A stretch of DNA of 64,000 nt from Octopus sinensis (Eukaryota): the NCBI RefSeq assembly GCF_006345805.1, contig NC_043001.1, forward strand, positions 31,372,001 to 31,436,000, written 5' to 3'. The notes under the pieces were generated by a model. It did not search any database. It had not been told where the DNA came from and saw only the letters and a program-made list of their open reading frames with translations. The position numbers and the translations under genes were made by a program. This document shows, piece after piece, positions 52,214 to 64,000 of the stretch. Each line of letters begins with the position of its first letter. Position 1 is the first letter of the stretch.

Positions 52214-52297
52214 TTGTAAAAATAATTCATAAAGTAATTCTTCGGTAATTTTCTCTGGTAAATTACCAACATACAACGTTCTCTCTTGAGCATCCAT
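52214..52297 (-). CDS. RBM7: RBM7/RBM11-like RRM protein, coding exon 1
   Basis: MDAQERTLYVGNLPEKITEELLYELFLQ|gtaagg (RNP2), 84 nt, phase 0. Joins exon 2 to give LFLQ-SGP, matching the RBM7/11 pattern LFxQAGP. Not in the ORF track. Confidence 0.9.
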
Positions 52298-55200
52298 GTT
52301 GAAATACGCTGGAAAAAGAGTCGCCACGGATATTTGAAGAGCGTGCGACAGGGGAGATCACTGTTGTGTGTTTCAAATCTTTACAAGATTAATTTAACTA
52401 CATTTATAGGTTGTTAGTTGCAATTTGAGTTGATAGTATTTTTTTTTCCAGTACAAAAATGGATTTCTTCGAAATCAAATATAGAATATTATATTATAAA
52501 AGAATATGTATTTCATTGTTTTTATGCCTACAGCGAATTAAACTCGTTCAAAGTACATAATTCACAGAAATTTATATTTTTCCTTTTCATATTAAAAAAT
52601 AGGTGATCAAAATTTTTCCTATTGTTTTAATGAAATTAATAATAATAATTCTTTTAAAGGGGCAAAATAGAGCGTATCTTCGGTATAGGTATCGGAAGTA
52701 CCGGATACATTTCAAGAAAGTGTTTTTTTTTTATATATATGGGGGGGTTAGGATTAGGGGTGGGAGAAAAGGGTTTCTGTTATCTTCAGAAATGTAAACA
52801 TCGCCCAAAATAGAATTAGTGAACGTGATCTTAAGAAGGTACAAATTAAATTTGTGTTTTCGCTCAATAAACACTCACAACACCCGGTCTGAGAATCGAA
52901 ACCATGATCCTACGACTGCGAGTCCACTGGGCCATTGCACCTCCACACACACACATATATATATATATATTCCATGGGCTTCTTTCAGTTTCATTTCCAT
53001 CTACCAAATACACTCACAAGGCTTTTGTTGGCCTGAAGCTGTAGTAGAAAATACTTGCCAAAGTGCTACACAGTGGGATTGAACCTAGATCCATGTGGTT
53101 GAGAAGAAAACTTCTTACCACACAGCCGCATCTGCACCTATTAGATGAATTTTTAAATTACTACAGAAACAGATCTATTCATTCCCAAATCCCAATATAT
53201 TCTAGTAACAGGGCCGATTCAAGGTACCAACAATTCAGGCAGTTGCCCAGGACACCACGTACTAGGGAGTGCCAAGGAGAGCATGACAAAGACAAGGAAA
53301 TTTCCTTGACCGTCAGCTTGTATATGCCAAAGCTCAGCTTGCCTGGGGCACCAGCAACCCTAGGGCCAGCTCTGTCTGACAGATTCGAACATGAATAACT
53401 GATTACTGTTGATTTTCATCATCAGAAAGCACCTCCTCTTTAAATGATGTTGGTTCATAGTACACACACAATTCGCTGATGTAAGAGGATTTTGAGACAA
53501 TATTGTGTTTCGCCCTTATTGTATGTCTCCTCAGTCAAAGCTGTCCTGCTAAGCTGATGAATCAGACAATGAATCTAAAAGACATTGTCAAAAGGGTGGA
53601 GATATTATCTGATGAAACGAAAAATAAAAAAATTAAAAAATAAAAACCCAGCAGCAATCAAATATTCAGGTTCAAATCTGCCAGAGTATATTAAGAATGA
53701 ACAAATACGTTTGCGTTTGAATTCATGCTGTTCTGCATGCACTTCATGAATTATTATATGTTTGGCAGACATCAGCAAATAATTTGTTTGCTGATTTTCA
53801 TAAACAAAAGCCTATATCCATATTAGATTCCTCAGTCCAGTGCGGCAGTTTTGACAAAGAAGACCAACAATAAAGTTCAAAACATTGCAATGTATCCAAG
53901 TCCCCTTACACCGGTGTATTTCATGTTATGAACACATATCATCTAAAGGGGGAAGTTCTATGACAAAAAACAACAGCAATCAGATGTGTCCTAATAGTAT
54001 TTCAGATGAATAGACATGTTATACCTTCGATACTCAATGTTCTTCATGCACTGCATAAAATAATAAGTGATTTATTGGAGGTGCATTTTTATTGATAGCA
54101 AAAAGATGAAAGGCAAAATTAGCTGACATATTGGAACTCAATACATAACTAAAGTGATGGATTGAATTTCACTAATATTCATAAAACTGCTCTGCAAAAT
54201 TGGACAGCTCTTACCCAGTTTATGCCTTAGCTTCTACTTTACCAATCAACTGAACTGTAGTGTAAATAAATCTTATGCTAACATCTTTATATCTTGTCGT
54301 CTTCCAAGGCATCATCTCCGTGGTGTGCAGCACAAAAGAACTGGATATTTAATTCTACATTGTCTCAGTTCATCTAACTTTGGAGAGTAATAAGTACCTT
54401 CTTTTCTAGAAAAACATATATGCAAAATACTGTCCCAAGGGAGATTTACCTCAACCATTTAACATTATGAAAATTAGAGTTGTGCAAGAACATTATCAGT
54501 CCTAATGATTCATGAACGAATTACATTTTAAATAATAACAATGTTGCTTCACTTTATTAGAATTATTTCAATGAATGACCAGGCAATCCAGATTTTGTAG
54601 TCTTCATTTCATCCAGCTCTGTCTCAAACTGGTTGTTTTTACCTGTTTGGGGATCCAGCTCAATAAATACAGAATATCTTAAGTATACTGAAAATAGCTA
54701 GTACCTAGGGTTATAACTGCAACAACTTATAAACGGCTTTTATTACTATGTTTCTGGAATAACATTAGTTGACAGGGTGCATAGCTTGGAGATCATGAAG
54801 TCTCTCCCAGTTGAGTTCCTACATCTCTGCATTGAGAAGTCACAACTCCAGTACTATGAACATGAGATTAGAAAGTTGCAGGATAGAATCGCAGAATGGA
54901 TCTTTCAAGCCAGGCCAACTGGCAGATGTATAGGTAGACCAAGAATTAGATGATTGGATAACATCCATTGTCTTAGTTAATCGCCCTTAGGCATCCAGTT
55001 GGAAAGTGCAATGATGATTGCATCTGATGTGACCTTATTGGTGTACCTGAAGACTCTACCCCCATGACACTCCTAGGAATAGTGGGTGGAGAAGATGGAT
55101 GCATGATGAATGTAGTAAAATAACTGTCATTATTAATCTGATATTTGGAAAATTATGAAAGGTTTTAATTTAGTTTGTTTCATAAAGAAGGGGAGTCTCA

Positions 55201-58200
55201 GGCAGGTTTGTATCAAAGGGTTATATATTCCTTCCCTATTTACTAAGGGTTATAACTGCTACAACTTAGCAGTTATATGAATGTACTGTGAATGGCTTCA
55301 GCAATATTAATTTTGCATTTAATGCAGCAAGCTGGCAGAATCGTTAGCATGCCGGGCGAAATACTTAGCGGTATTTCGTCTGCAGTTACGTTCTGAGTTC
55401 AAATTCCGCTGAGGTCGACTTTGCCTTTCATCCGTTCAGGGTCGATTAAATAAGTACCAGTTATGCACTGGGATCGATATAATTGTTGACTTAATCCGTT
55501 TGTCTGTCCTCTGTGTTTAGTCCCTTGTGGGTAGTAAAGAAATAGGTATTTTGTCTGTCTTTATGTCCTGAGTTCAACTTTGCCTTTCATCCTTTCGGGA
55601 TTGATAAGTACCAGTTGCATACTGTGGTCAATCTAATCGGCTGACCCCCTCTCCCAAAATTTCAGGCCTTGTGCCAAGTGTAGAAAAGTATATTAATTTT
55701 GCATTTGAATCTTACGATAACATCTTTATATCTCGTCATCTTCCAAGGCATCATCTCCATCGTGTGCAGCACAAAAGAACTGGATATTATTTAATTCTAT
55801 ATTGTCTCAGTTCATCTAACTTTGGAGAGTTCTGTCAGTCAACTCAATTTGAAAGAGAAAGTTAATCAATCCCTTTTATTTTGGTACTTGACTAAGTACT
55901 TTATTTTATTAGTATCAAAAGGATGAAAGGTAAAGGTGACCTCAGCTGTATTTGAACTCAGAATGTAAAAGAACTGGTGGTAACCTATTAATAATTGTTT
56001 CTGCTATAGACACAAGGCTAACAATTTTGATGGAAGAGAAAAGGGTTGGTCAATACCATCAACCCCAGTATGAAATTTACACTTTATTTTATCAAACTCA
56101 GAGGGATGAAAGGCAAAGTTGACCATGAGAGGATTTGAACTCAGAATGTAAAGGACTGGAAGAAATATTACAATGCTCTAATGATTCTACAAGCTTGCCA
56201 CCCTGGTGACCTTAATAATGGTTTCAAATTTTAAACACAAGGTCAGCATTTCTGAAGGGTAAGGACTAGCTGATAAGTGACACTTGACTGGTACTCAATT
56301 TTATTGACCCAATGGAGATTAAATGCAAAGTTGACTTCAGTGGGATTTGAACTCAAAATGTGAAGAGTCAGAACAAATACTGCAAAGCAATTTTTCCAAT
56401 GCTATGACAGCCTACACCTTTGCTGACCTATTAATAATGAAAGGTGTATTGTGAGAAAACGAGGTTCTCTATATCAATTACACAAAACAATCATGTGGTG
56501 TATATTGAAAAACCATGCTGCCATGGTGATATTTTTATTTTAAGGAAACAGCTTAACATTATTTATAATGATAAAATGAATCACCAGATGTCATAAATTA
56601 GATACTGTCTAATCCATAGCAGTGTGACGTCTTCATCTGAATAACATATCTATATATTAATATATACATAGAGACAACATAGGGTAAAGGAAACTTTTTA
56701 GCCTTACTGGAGGCAATTCATACTCTCTTGTGTATATTGATAAAATCCACTTAATACACTGTGCAGAGGTTGGCAAGATCTGGTCCCTAAGTGTCTAGGA
56801 AGGCAGTGACTGACTTGGACTGTGACAACTCATCCAACCCTTGCCAGCATAGAAAAGTGGATGTAAAATGATGACAATGACTGCTAGCTGTTTTAGAATG
56901 CAGTAGCTATGAGAACTGTAACTGGTTGACAATGACCAATATTTTGCATAAAGCAACAAGAAAAACAGATTTTTCTTTGCAAATATTTTATTCGAAATAT
57001 ATAGCAATTTAAGTACCATTGCTTAAGGTAGAACTTGTGACTTGTCTGAGAGAGCAGTAAGAAACGGTTGAATTAATACCAATTGACAGCAACAGGCTTT
57101 TGCAGCATATCATGGCAGTAATCATTCTCTTCTGTAATCTACAAGAGGGTGCTGAAAAGCTCCTGACTTTAAGGGTATTGCAAAAAGGCCTGGTTGGAGG
57201 CCCAACCTTCCAAGTTATTTTATAGGACTTAGAAAAACTGAAGGACCACTGCAATAAATGTGTGAATCTGAGAGGGGAATATGTTGAATAAAATCATAAT
57301 TAACTGATCCTCCTACATTTTCTTTTACCTAAAGCCACGAACTTTTTAGTACACCATCACATATGACAGAATATCATGGTTGTAGAAAACACAGAAACCT
57401 TAGATGACAAATGCATTGAGTGAATTTCTTTTGTAAGGTAAACAGAAGCGGCAAGGCAATCTTACTAACTTTTGCTGGTTTTTAATGCAGATAATGTCCA
57501 GCTTCAACATCTATAGGTTGGTGTCAGTGGATAGATTACATGCAGATGGAGAACTTCAGAGATAGTTAGTTTGGGGAAAGACTACGAAAATATCTGATGC
57601 AATACCTAGGATGAGTAGAGATATGACAAAGGAGCTTGTGTAGACAAGATGTGCAGTTAGCAATTTTAGAGAAACAGATGTTATTGTAGTATTAACTGGC
57701 CTTTATTTTAATGTTATTGTAGTATTAACTGGCCTTTATTTTCAGGGCTGGAAGTTACCTCAGCTCCCAAAAATTGATACTCTACAAAGCACAAAACAAA
57801 GTATTGCTCACCTGTAACAAAGCTGTTGCTGTACATATGGACATCTTAGACTGCATCCAATAAAGGGCCACCCAACTGATTAATAAAGTCACTCAGAGAC
57901 ATGACGTCTCTTTTTTTACTACTACTACTACTACAATGGTCGCTGTTCTTCAGAGATGGCTGGGCTTAAGTATCTCCTACAAACCCATCTTTACACCTGT
58001 TGTGTCCAATCCTTTCTTCCAAAATATTGGTCCTTTGGCAGGGGTTGGACTTACAAAAGATTCATGAGGGACAGAAATGGCATTGACTTTACCAACATAA
58101 GAGGGTTATGAAGCTATAATCACTGCCAGATCAAGATTGGAGCCTGGTGCAGCCATCTGGTTTGCCAGTCCTCAGTCAAATCATCCAACCCATGTTAGCA

Positions 58201-60429
58201 TGGAAAGCGGATGTTAAACGATGATGATAATACTATCCCAACTTGGCAAAGAAGAGAAAGAGAGAGAGCATGTCAATGATACTTGTTGATGACTGTATTT
58301 TTGCTAATCGAAATCGATCAAAAATCAATGGAAATTGTAGTTGTGATACCAGTGCCGGTGGCACATAAAAAGCACCCACTACACTCACAGAGTGGTTGGC
58401 GTTATGAAGGGCATCCAGCTGTAGAAACACTGCCAGATCAGACTGGGCCTGGTGCAGCCTCCTGGCTTCCCAGACCCGTCGAACCGTCTAACCCATGCTA
58501 GTATGGAAAGCGGACGTTAAACGATGATAATGAGTTGAATGGCCTTGTTTTAGTTGCATCCTCATATATTTGTGCATTACCAGTACAGTCTGATGAATGT
58601 GAACAGAATTCTTCCATTGTAGAAAGAGAAATATTGATTAAGGCTGAAGCATTTAACTCCTACTGTTAGTTTTGCAATGTTATTATATCAAAGATTGTGA
58701 AGAATATAATTTGTAACTAGCTGGCCCCATGCCACCAAATCTGATGGCTAACTGTAGTATTTTGTATATAAATAAGGTCCATAACAATCACAGATACAAA
58801 CATTCACATACTTCCTTTGTACACACACACACATATTCACACAGAGTTGAAATGCTGTTTGATTTTTCTTTTCACCATTGAATGTTCACCATCCCACTTC
58901 CATTTCACACACACTAACATTCACACTCATATACTCACAGAGTTGAAACGCTGTTTGATTTTTTTTTCACCATAGAACTTCCACCATCTCACTACCAGGT
59001 TTGCCATCATTCATATGTTGTGACAGAGTAAACACATGAGTATTATTAAAGTAGATGACTGAGTGTTTTAATTGTGTTATGTTTAAAAGGTGAGGTACAA
59101 GGCAAGAGACTAGACCATTATATTTTCATTGAAGTGTGCTTGCAAGGTTTCCATTCATAGGTGGGCATGTACCTGGAAAGTTGTATTATAGGTTTTGTGT
59201 AGATGACATGTGCAAAAAGTTAAGACATGTTTCAAATAACGATAATTAAATTGTTAATACACACAATAAAGTGTGTAGAAGATATTACTGAACCTCCAGG
59301 TACACAACAATAAAGAGCTCTGTCAGCATGTTACAAAGGTGCAACCTCACCCATGTAATGGAAAACATGTAGACCCAAGGCAAACAGTCCTCAATAGTGA
59401 GTTACCACTGACAAGTGACAAAGAGGTGGTCACTGAGAAAGAGAGAGAGATTAAGGTTACGATGTAATTGTTAAATGATTCCATCTCCTTTGAGATGCTA
59501 AAAGTGAGAGAGTTAGATTTGTAGGTGAGTAGAGCAGAGACTGATGTTTAAGGGATGGGACACAACTGCTGCACATTTCAAAAAATTGGGGGTAGATTCC
59601 TGAAAAAAAAGACAGAAATCAACAAATTTGGTGCTGGAGTGCATTTTGAGAGTGGAAAGAAAACAACTGGCATCATTGGCCTTACGGCTGCAAAATGGTG
59701 GGGAGACAAAGAACATGAAAGAAATTTGAGAGATTTGTTATTTGTGAGGCTAGCAATGAAGCAAGCAACAAATGTGAAACCTTGAGATCTGAAAAAAGAA
59801 AATGCATGTAACTACCCGCTTACAACATAAATGTCATTTTAAAGCAATTAATAGATGCACTCTTTTATTTGTTTCAGTCATTTGACTGTGGCTATGCTGG
59901 TGCACCGCCTTTAGTTGAACAAATCGAACCTAGGACTTATTCTTTGTAAGCCTAGTACTTATTCTATCAGTCTCTTTTGCCGAACTGCTAGGTTATGGCG
60001 ACATAAACACACCAAAATCAGTTGTCAAGCAATGGTGGAGGAACACACATATATCACAGGCTTCTTTCAGTTTCCATCTACCAAATTCACTCACAGGGCA
60101 CTGACTGGACTGAGGTTATAGTAGAAGACACTCGCCCAAGATGCCACGCAGTGGGACTGAACCTAGAACCATGTGGCTGGTAAGCAAGCTACTTACCACA
60201 CAGCCACTCCTGTGAACATTAAATCCTTTAATTTCTAACATGACTAAATTACCAGCTAAATAGCCAAGCAGATAACACATTTTGATTCAAGTTCTTAAAC
60301 CCAGTTTTCATCCTACCATATGGGATGTTGACATCTATTTCCAGCAAGCTATAAAAAGGTTATACTTCATATCAATGCAACGTGTCCAGGGGATTAACAC
60401 AATACACTTTAATGTTGTCAAAGACTAAT

Positions 60430-62185
60430 TTCAGTTATGCAGTTTGTTTTTGTGCCAGGGAGAAGCACCACCGATACTATGTTTCTGGTAAGGAAGCTGC
60501 AGGAGAAATATCTAGCCAAAGATAAACCTTTTTACTTGGCTTTTGTTGACATGGAGAAAACCTTTGACAGGGTTCACTGATCCCTTACCTGGTGGTCAAT
60601 ACAGAAACTAGGGATAGACGTGTGGTTGGTAAGATCTGTACAAACCATGTACAGGGATGCTGTCAGTAAGGTGAAGGTTGGCAATGAGCATAGTGATGAA
60701 TGCAGGATACAAGTAAGGGTTCACCAAGGGTCAGTCTTCAGACCCCTCCTGTTCTTCATAGCCCTCCAGGCAATAACAGTGGAATTTAAGATGGGCTGGC
60801 CCTGGGAGTTCCTTTATGTTGATGACCTTGTTCTCAAAGCCATATCACTTCCAGGACTAGACTAGAGAAGAAATTTCAGATGTGGAAGCAAAGAATAGAA
60901 TCAAAGGGCCGTAGAATTAATCTAGCAAAATCCAAAGTCTTAGTAAGTAGGAAAGCGATCAAATCACAAATTCCATCAGGTAGATGGCCCTGCTTGATCT
61001 GTAGAAAAGACGTAGGTAGAAACTTCATTATATTTACCCAGTGTAAGCTATGGACATATAAGAGGTGTAGTAATATCAGAGGAAGGTTAACAAGGAAAAT
61101 AGCTTTTGTGCACGGAAAATGCACAGGTACAATGAACACTACAAATGTACAGAAAATAGACTCCATCACATGCCAGCAGGGTAAGCTAGAGGTAGTTGAT
61201 AGCTTCTGTTATCTATGTGACCAAGTCAGTAGCAGAGGTGGATGCTCTGAGAGTGTAGCTGCAAGAATAAAAATAGGTTGGGCAAAATTCAGAGAGCTCC
61301 TACCTCTGTTGCTAATGAAGGGCCTCTCCCTCAGAATGAAAGGCAGACTGTATGATGCTTGTGTGTGAATAGCTATGTTACATTGGAATAAAACATGGGC
61401 TGTGACTGCTGAGGGCATACATAGGCTTGAAAGAAATGAAACTAGTATGCTTTGCTGGATGTGCAATGTATAACAGAGTGTTAGTGTCTTGAGAGAAAAA
61501 TTGAGCTTAAGAGGCTTCAGATGCGCTGTGCAAGAGAGACGACCATGCTGGTAGGGTCATGTGACGTGTATGGATGAAGACAGCCGTATAAAGAAGTGCC
61601 GATCTCAAACTGCGGAGGGAACCTGTGGAAGAGGTAGTCCCAGGAAGACATGGGATGAGATGGTGAGGCATGATCTTTGAATATAGGGCCTCAAGGAGGT
61701 GATGACAAGTGACCGAGAGCTCTGGTGATATGCTGTATGAGAAGACTCACCAGGCCAAGTGAAATTGTAGTTGTGGCCATGCTGGTGTCTTGTAAATGGC
61801 ACCCATGAAAATTGGAGTCAAACTGTTGCTAGTGCCTTTTAAATGGCACCTGTGAATTGTAGTTGTGGTTGTTGTTGACAGTGCCATGTACATAAAACCT
61901 GTGAATTTTTGTGGTTGTTGCTAGTGCTATGTAAATGGCACCCATGAATAGTAGTCGTTGATGGTACCATATAAACGGAACATATAAATCATAGTCATAG
62001 TTGTTGCCAGTGTCATGTAAAAGCACCGATTACATTCCTGGAGTGGTTGACATTAGGAAGGACATCTAGCTGTAGAAACCAGGTCAAATGAGACTGGAAC
62101 CTGGTGCAGCTCTCTCGCTCATCAGCTCCAGTCAAACTGTCTAACCCATACCACAATGGAGAGCAGACATTAAATGATGATGATG
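60430..62185 (+). mobile_element. 5'-truncated RTE-clade LINE (RT, zinc-finger-like insert, C-terminus, 3' UTR, (GAT)n tail)
   Basis: QFVFVPGRSTTD, AFVDMEKTFDRV, VHQGSVFRPLLF, FLYVDDLVL, WPCLICRK..CKLWTYKRC, ARIKIGWAKFREL, GRGSPRKTW. Many stops. Confidence 0.92.
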
Positions 62186-62249
62186 TTGTCAGATAAAGCA
62201 TTTTTCTGAGACAAGCCATGTATTTATTATCAAATGTTTTTGAGGTGCC

Positions 62250-62460
62250 TTAAACCCTAGCATTCAGATTTCTTTGTTAAATGTATTGCTTATTTATTCA
62301 CATTGTTTCAAATTTATCACATTATTTTGTAGCTTCAAGATTTCAATGGCATGTTAGTACATTTTTAGAATGACATTGTAGGGTAGGTACAAGAGGTCAG
62401 TTTTAACATAAAACAGCATATTTGGACTGGATATGGCTGGATTAAATGCTAAGGGGTTAA
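62250..62460. mobile_element. piggyBac-like MITE
   Basis: ttaaaccctagcatt...aatgctaaggggttaa, TTAA-flanked TIRs. Related copies at 39400-39582(-), 40108-41043 (tandem, interrupted) and 48705-48812. A second family occurs at 44773-44982 and 63891-64000. Confidence 0.7.
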
Positions 62461-62675
62461 AACAGAAAAGTTTAACTAAACAGACATTGTTTTATCTCAC
62501 AATATGTACCATATCCTAACAAAGAAATAACAAGGCTAAAGTGAACCATCAAAACATTCTATGAATTTGAGCAGAGGAGGACAATTGTTTCTGTTCTGAA
62601 GTTGTGTGTTTCAAGTATGTCAACCTATACAGTTGTGAATGGCTGTCAGCATTCCTAAGAAAACTTTATCTGAAA

Positions 62676-63064
62676 CTAGCAGTATCGCCCAGCATTGCTC
62701 GGGTTTGTTTTGACCCTTTAGAATTGGAATTTTTGAAAAGTAAAAATTTTGTATTATGTAGCTTGTTATTCTCTTTAAGTGAACATTTTTCTGGTTGAAA
62801 TACACCGAAAAATGGCAACACAGCAGTCAAAAAATCGTACAAAATAGGGATTTTCATAGAAAAAAGCACCTTTTTGATGTAAATAATTTTTGGTGTTAAC
62901 ATGGTTCGATTTGAATTTTATCTTCTACGGAATGAAGAGCAAGCCTTCTTCTATCATACTCTCAATTTTGGTCAACTTGCGCCACAGGGTCTCGAAGGAG
63001 ATAGTGTTAGTTGAAGGCTACCAAACGTGCCACACACAGACAACTTCAGCTTTATATATATAGA
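62676..63064 (-). mobile_element. Non-autonomous Helitron, full length (about 390 bp)
   Basis: Minus strand: a|TCTATATATATAAAG ... cccgagcaatgctggg hairpin ... CTAG|t. Inserted between A and T with no TSD. Confidence 0.88.
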
Positions 63065-63381
63065 TTACAGCTGATTTTTTATTCTCCTCTTTTTAGACAG
63101 TCGATATGAAGTTGTTTTTATGAATTGATATATCAAACACATTACAGCTGACTGAACATTTGTATACATAAAATAAAAATCACAATAGCCAAATGAACAT
63201 TTTTTTTTTTTATACATAAGATTATTAACAGATGAGAAATATATACATTTTAGATAAGGCAGAAGGTAATGTTCAAATTAGAAGCAGTGATATTTAAAGA
63301 ATGCTAAAACATAAAACATCAGCATTCGCAAAGTTACATACTGCGATTTGAATAAAAGCGATATGAAAGTGGAAAAAGGTT

Positions 63382-63703
63382 TCACTGAGTGACCTTCTCC
63401 ATTTCGATGTCGTCAGTGTTAATAAAACTATCTTTAGCCTTTACTCCATCCTCTTCAGTTACTTTTTCAGTGACAATATCCAGTTTACTAGGCGTATGAA
63501 GGGCTACATCTCCTAACATCTCTAGATTGTATGTTGTACTGACTAATTCTGTGGTAGGTGCTGGATCACAGCTTTCTGATGATGCCATCTCTTCAGAATT
63601 AGCGGTGGCATCAGCAACATTGACAATGACTTGTTCTATTAAATTGACACTTTCGTAACGTACAGTTTGCAGGCGCCAAAAACCATCTTGGCTCATAGTG
63701 TAA
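63382..63703 (-). CDS. Probable last coding exon of an unidentified gene extending beyond the window
   Basis: Polypyrimidine tract and tttttcag acceptor at 63705-63704. Open frame YTMSQDGFWRLQTVRYESVNLIEQV with an acidic tail to TGA. The sequence is non-repetitive. Confidence 0.65.
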
Positions 63704-64000
63704 CTGAAAAATATTAAGAAAAAAAAAATTGTCATATTAAAAATACTTAATTATTATAACAGATATTATCATAAAATAGTGATAGTTTCTTTTATCATCA
63801 TCAATAATAACAAATTTGAATTAAAAATCAAGAAAGGTGGGTATATTTGAAATATATATTCTGATTATGGCAAAAGTTATACCAAAACAATTAACCCTTT
63901 TGTTACTGAATTTATTTTGAGATACTCAGTTTCTTTCAATCATTTTTAAATATAACAAAGAATTTAGTAAAATAACTAAGTTATCATTCAGCTAGTGTTA

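Noticed and set aside
52741-52765. Telomere-like or G-quadruplex tract upstream of RBM7
   Set aside because: Only about two degenerate TTAGG(G) units, probably part of an interspersed repeat.
53209-53373. hAT-like MITE (cagggccg...ccagctctg) and ORF 53063..53398
   Set aside because: The TIRs are degenerate with no matching TSD, and the ORF runs through SINE sequence.
57677-58990. Short tandem duplications (about 34 bp at 57677-57742, about 95 bp at 58830-58990)
   Set aside because: Ordinary slippage-type duplications with no further structure.

Overview
AT-rich, repeat-saturated metazoan genomic DNA. The SINE families and microsatellite load point to a coleoid cephalopod, probably Octopus (inference). 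Host genes: (1) a complete 5-exon UFC1 (UFM1 E2 enzyme, 167 aa, + strand, 28051-41212); (2) a convergent 2-exon RBM7/RBM11-like RRM gene (182 aa, - strand, 52297-45710); (3) the probable last coding exon of an unidentified - strand gene (63703-63382). The rest is mostly decayed mobile DNA: CR1-like, RTE and HERO-like non-LTR remnants, a truncated Gypsy element (LTR-PBS-gag-protease) just upstream of UFC1, a DD36E Tc1-like transposase remnant, mariner, Tc2/pogo, hAT and piggyBac MITEs, three non-autonomous Helitrons, dozens of SINEs, fold-back elements, microsatellites and one 100-N gap. The most notable signal is a set of four minimal type I hammerhead ribozyme motifs from three sequence families, in Penelope-like repeats. 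One lies in the 3' part of an element with a tRNA-like Pol III head inside UFC1 intron 4, a candidate tRNA-headed, ribozyme-bearing SINE. Most entries in the ORF track are microsatellite or SINE artefacts. Repeat boundaries are approximate unless termini or TSDs are quoted.
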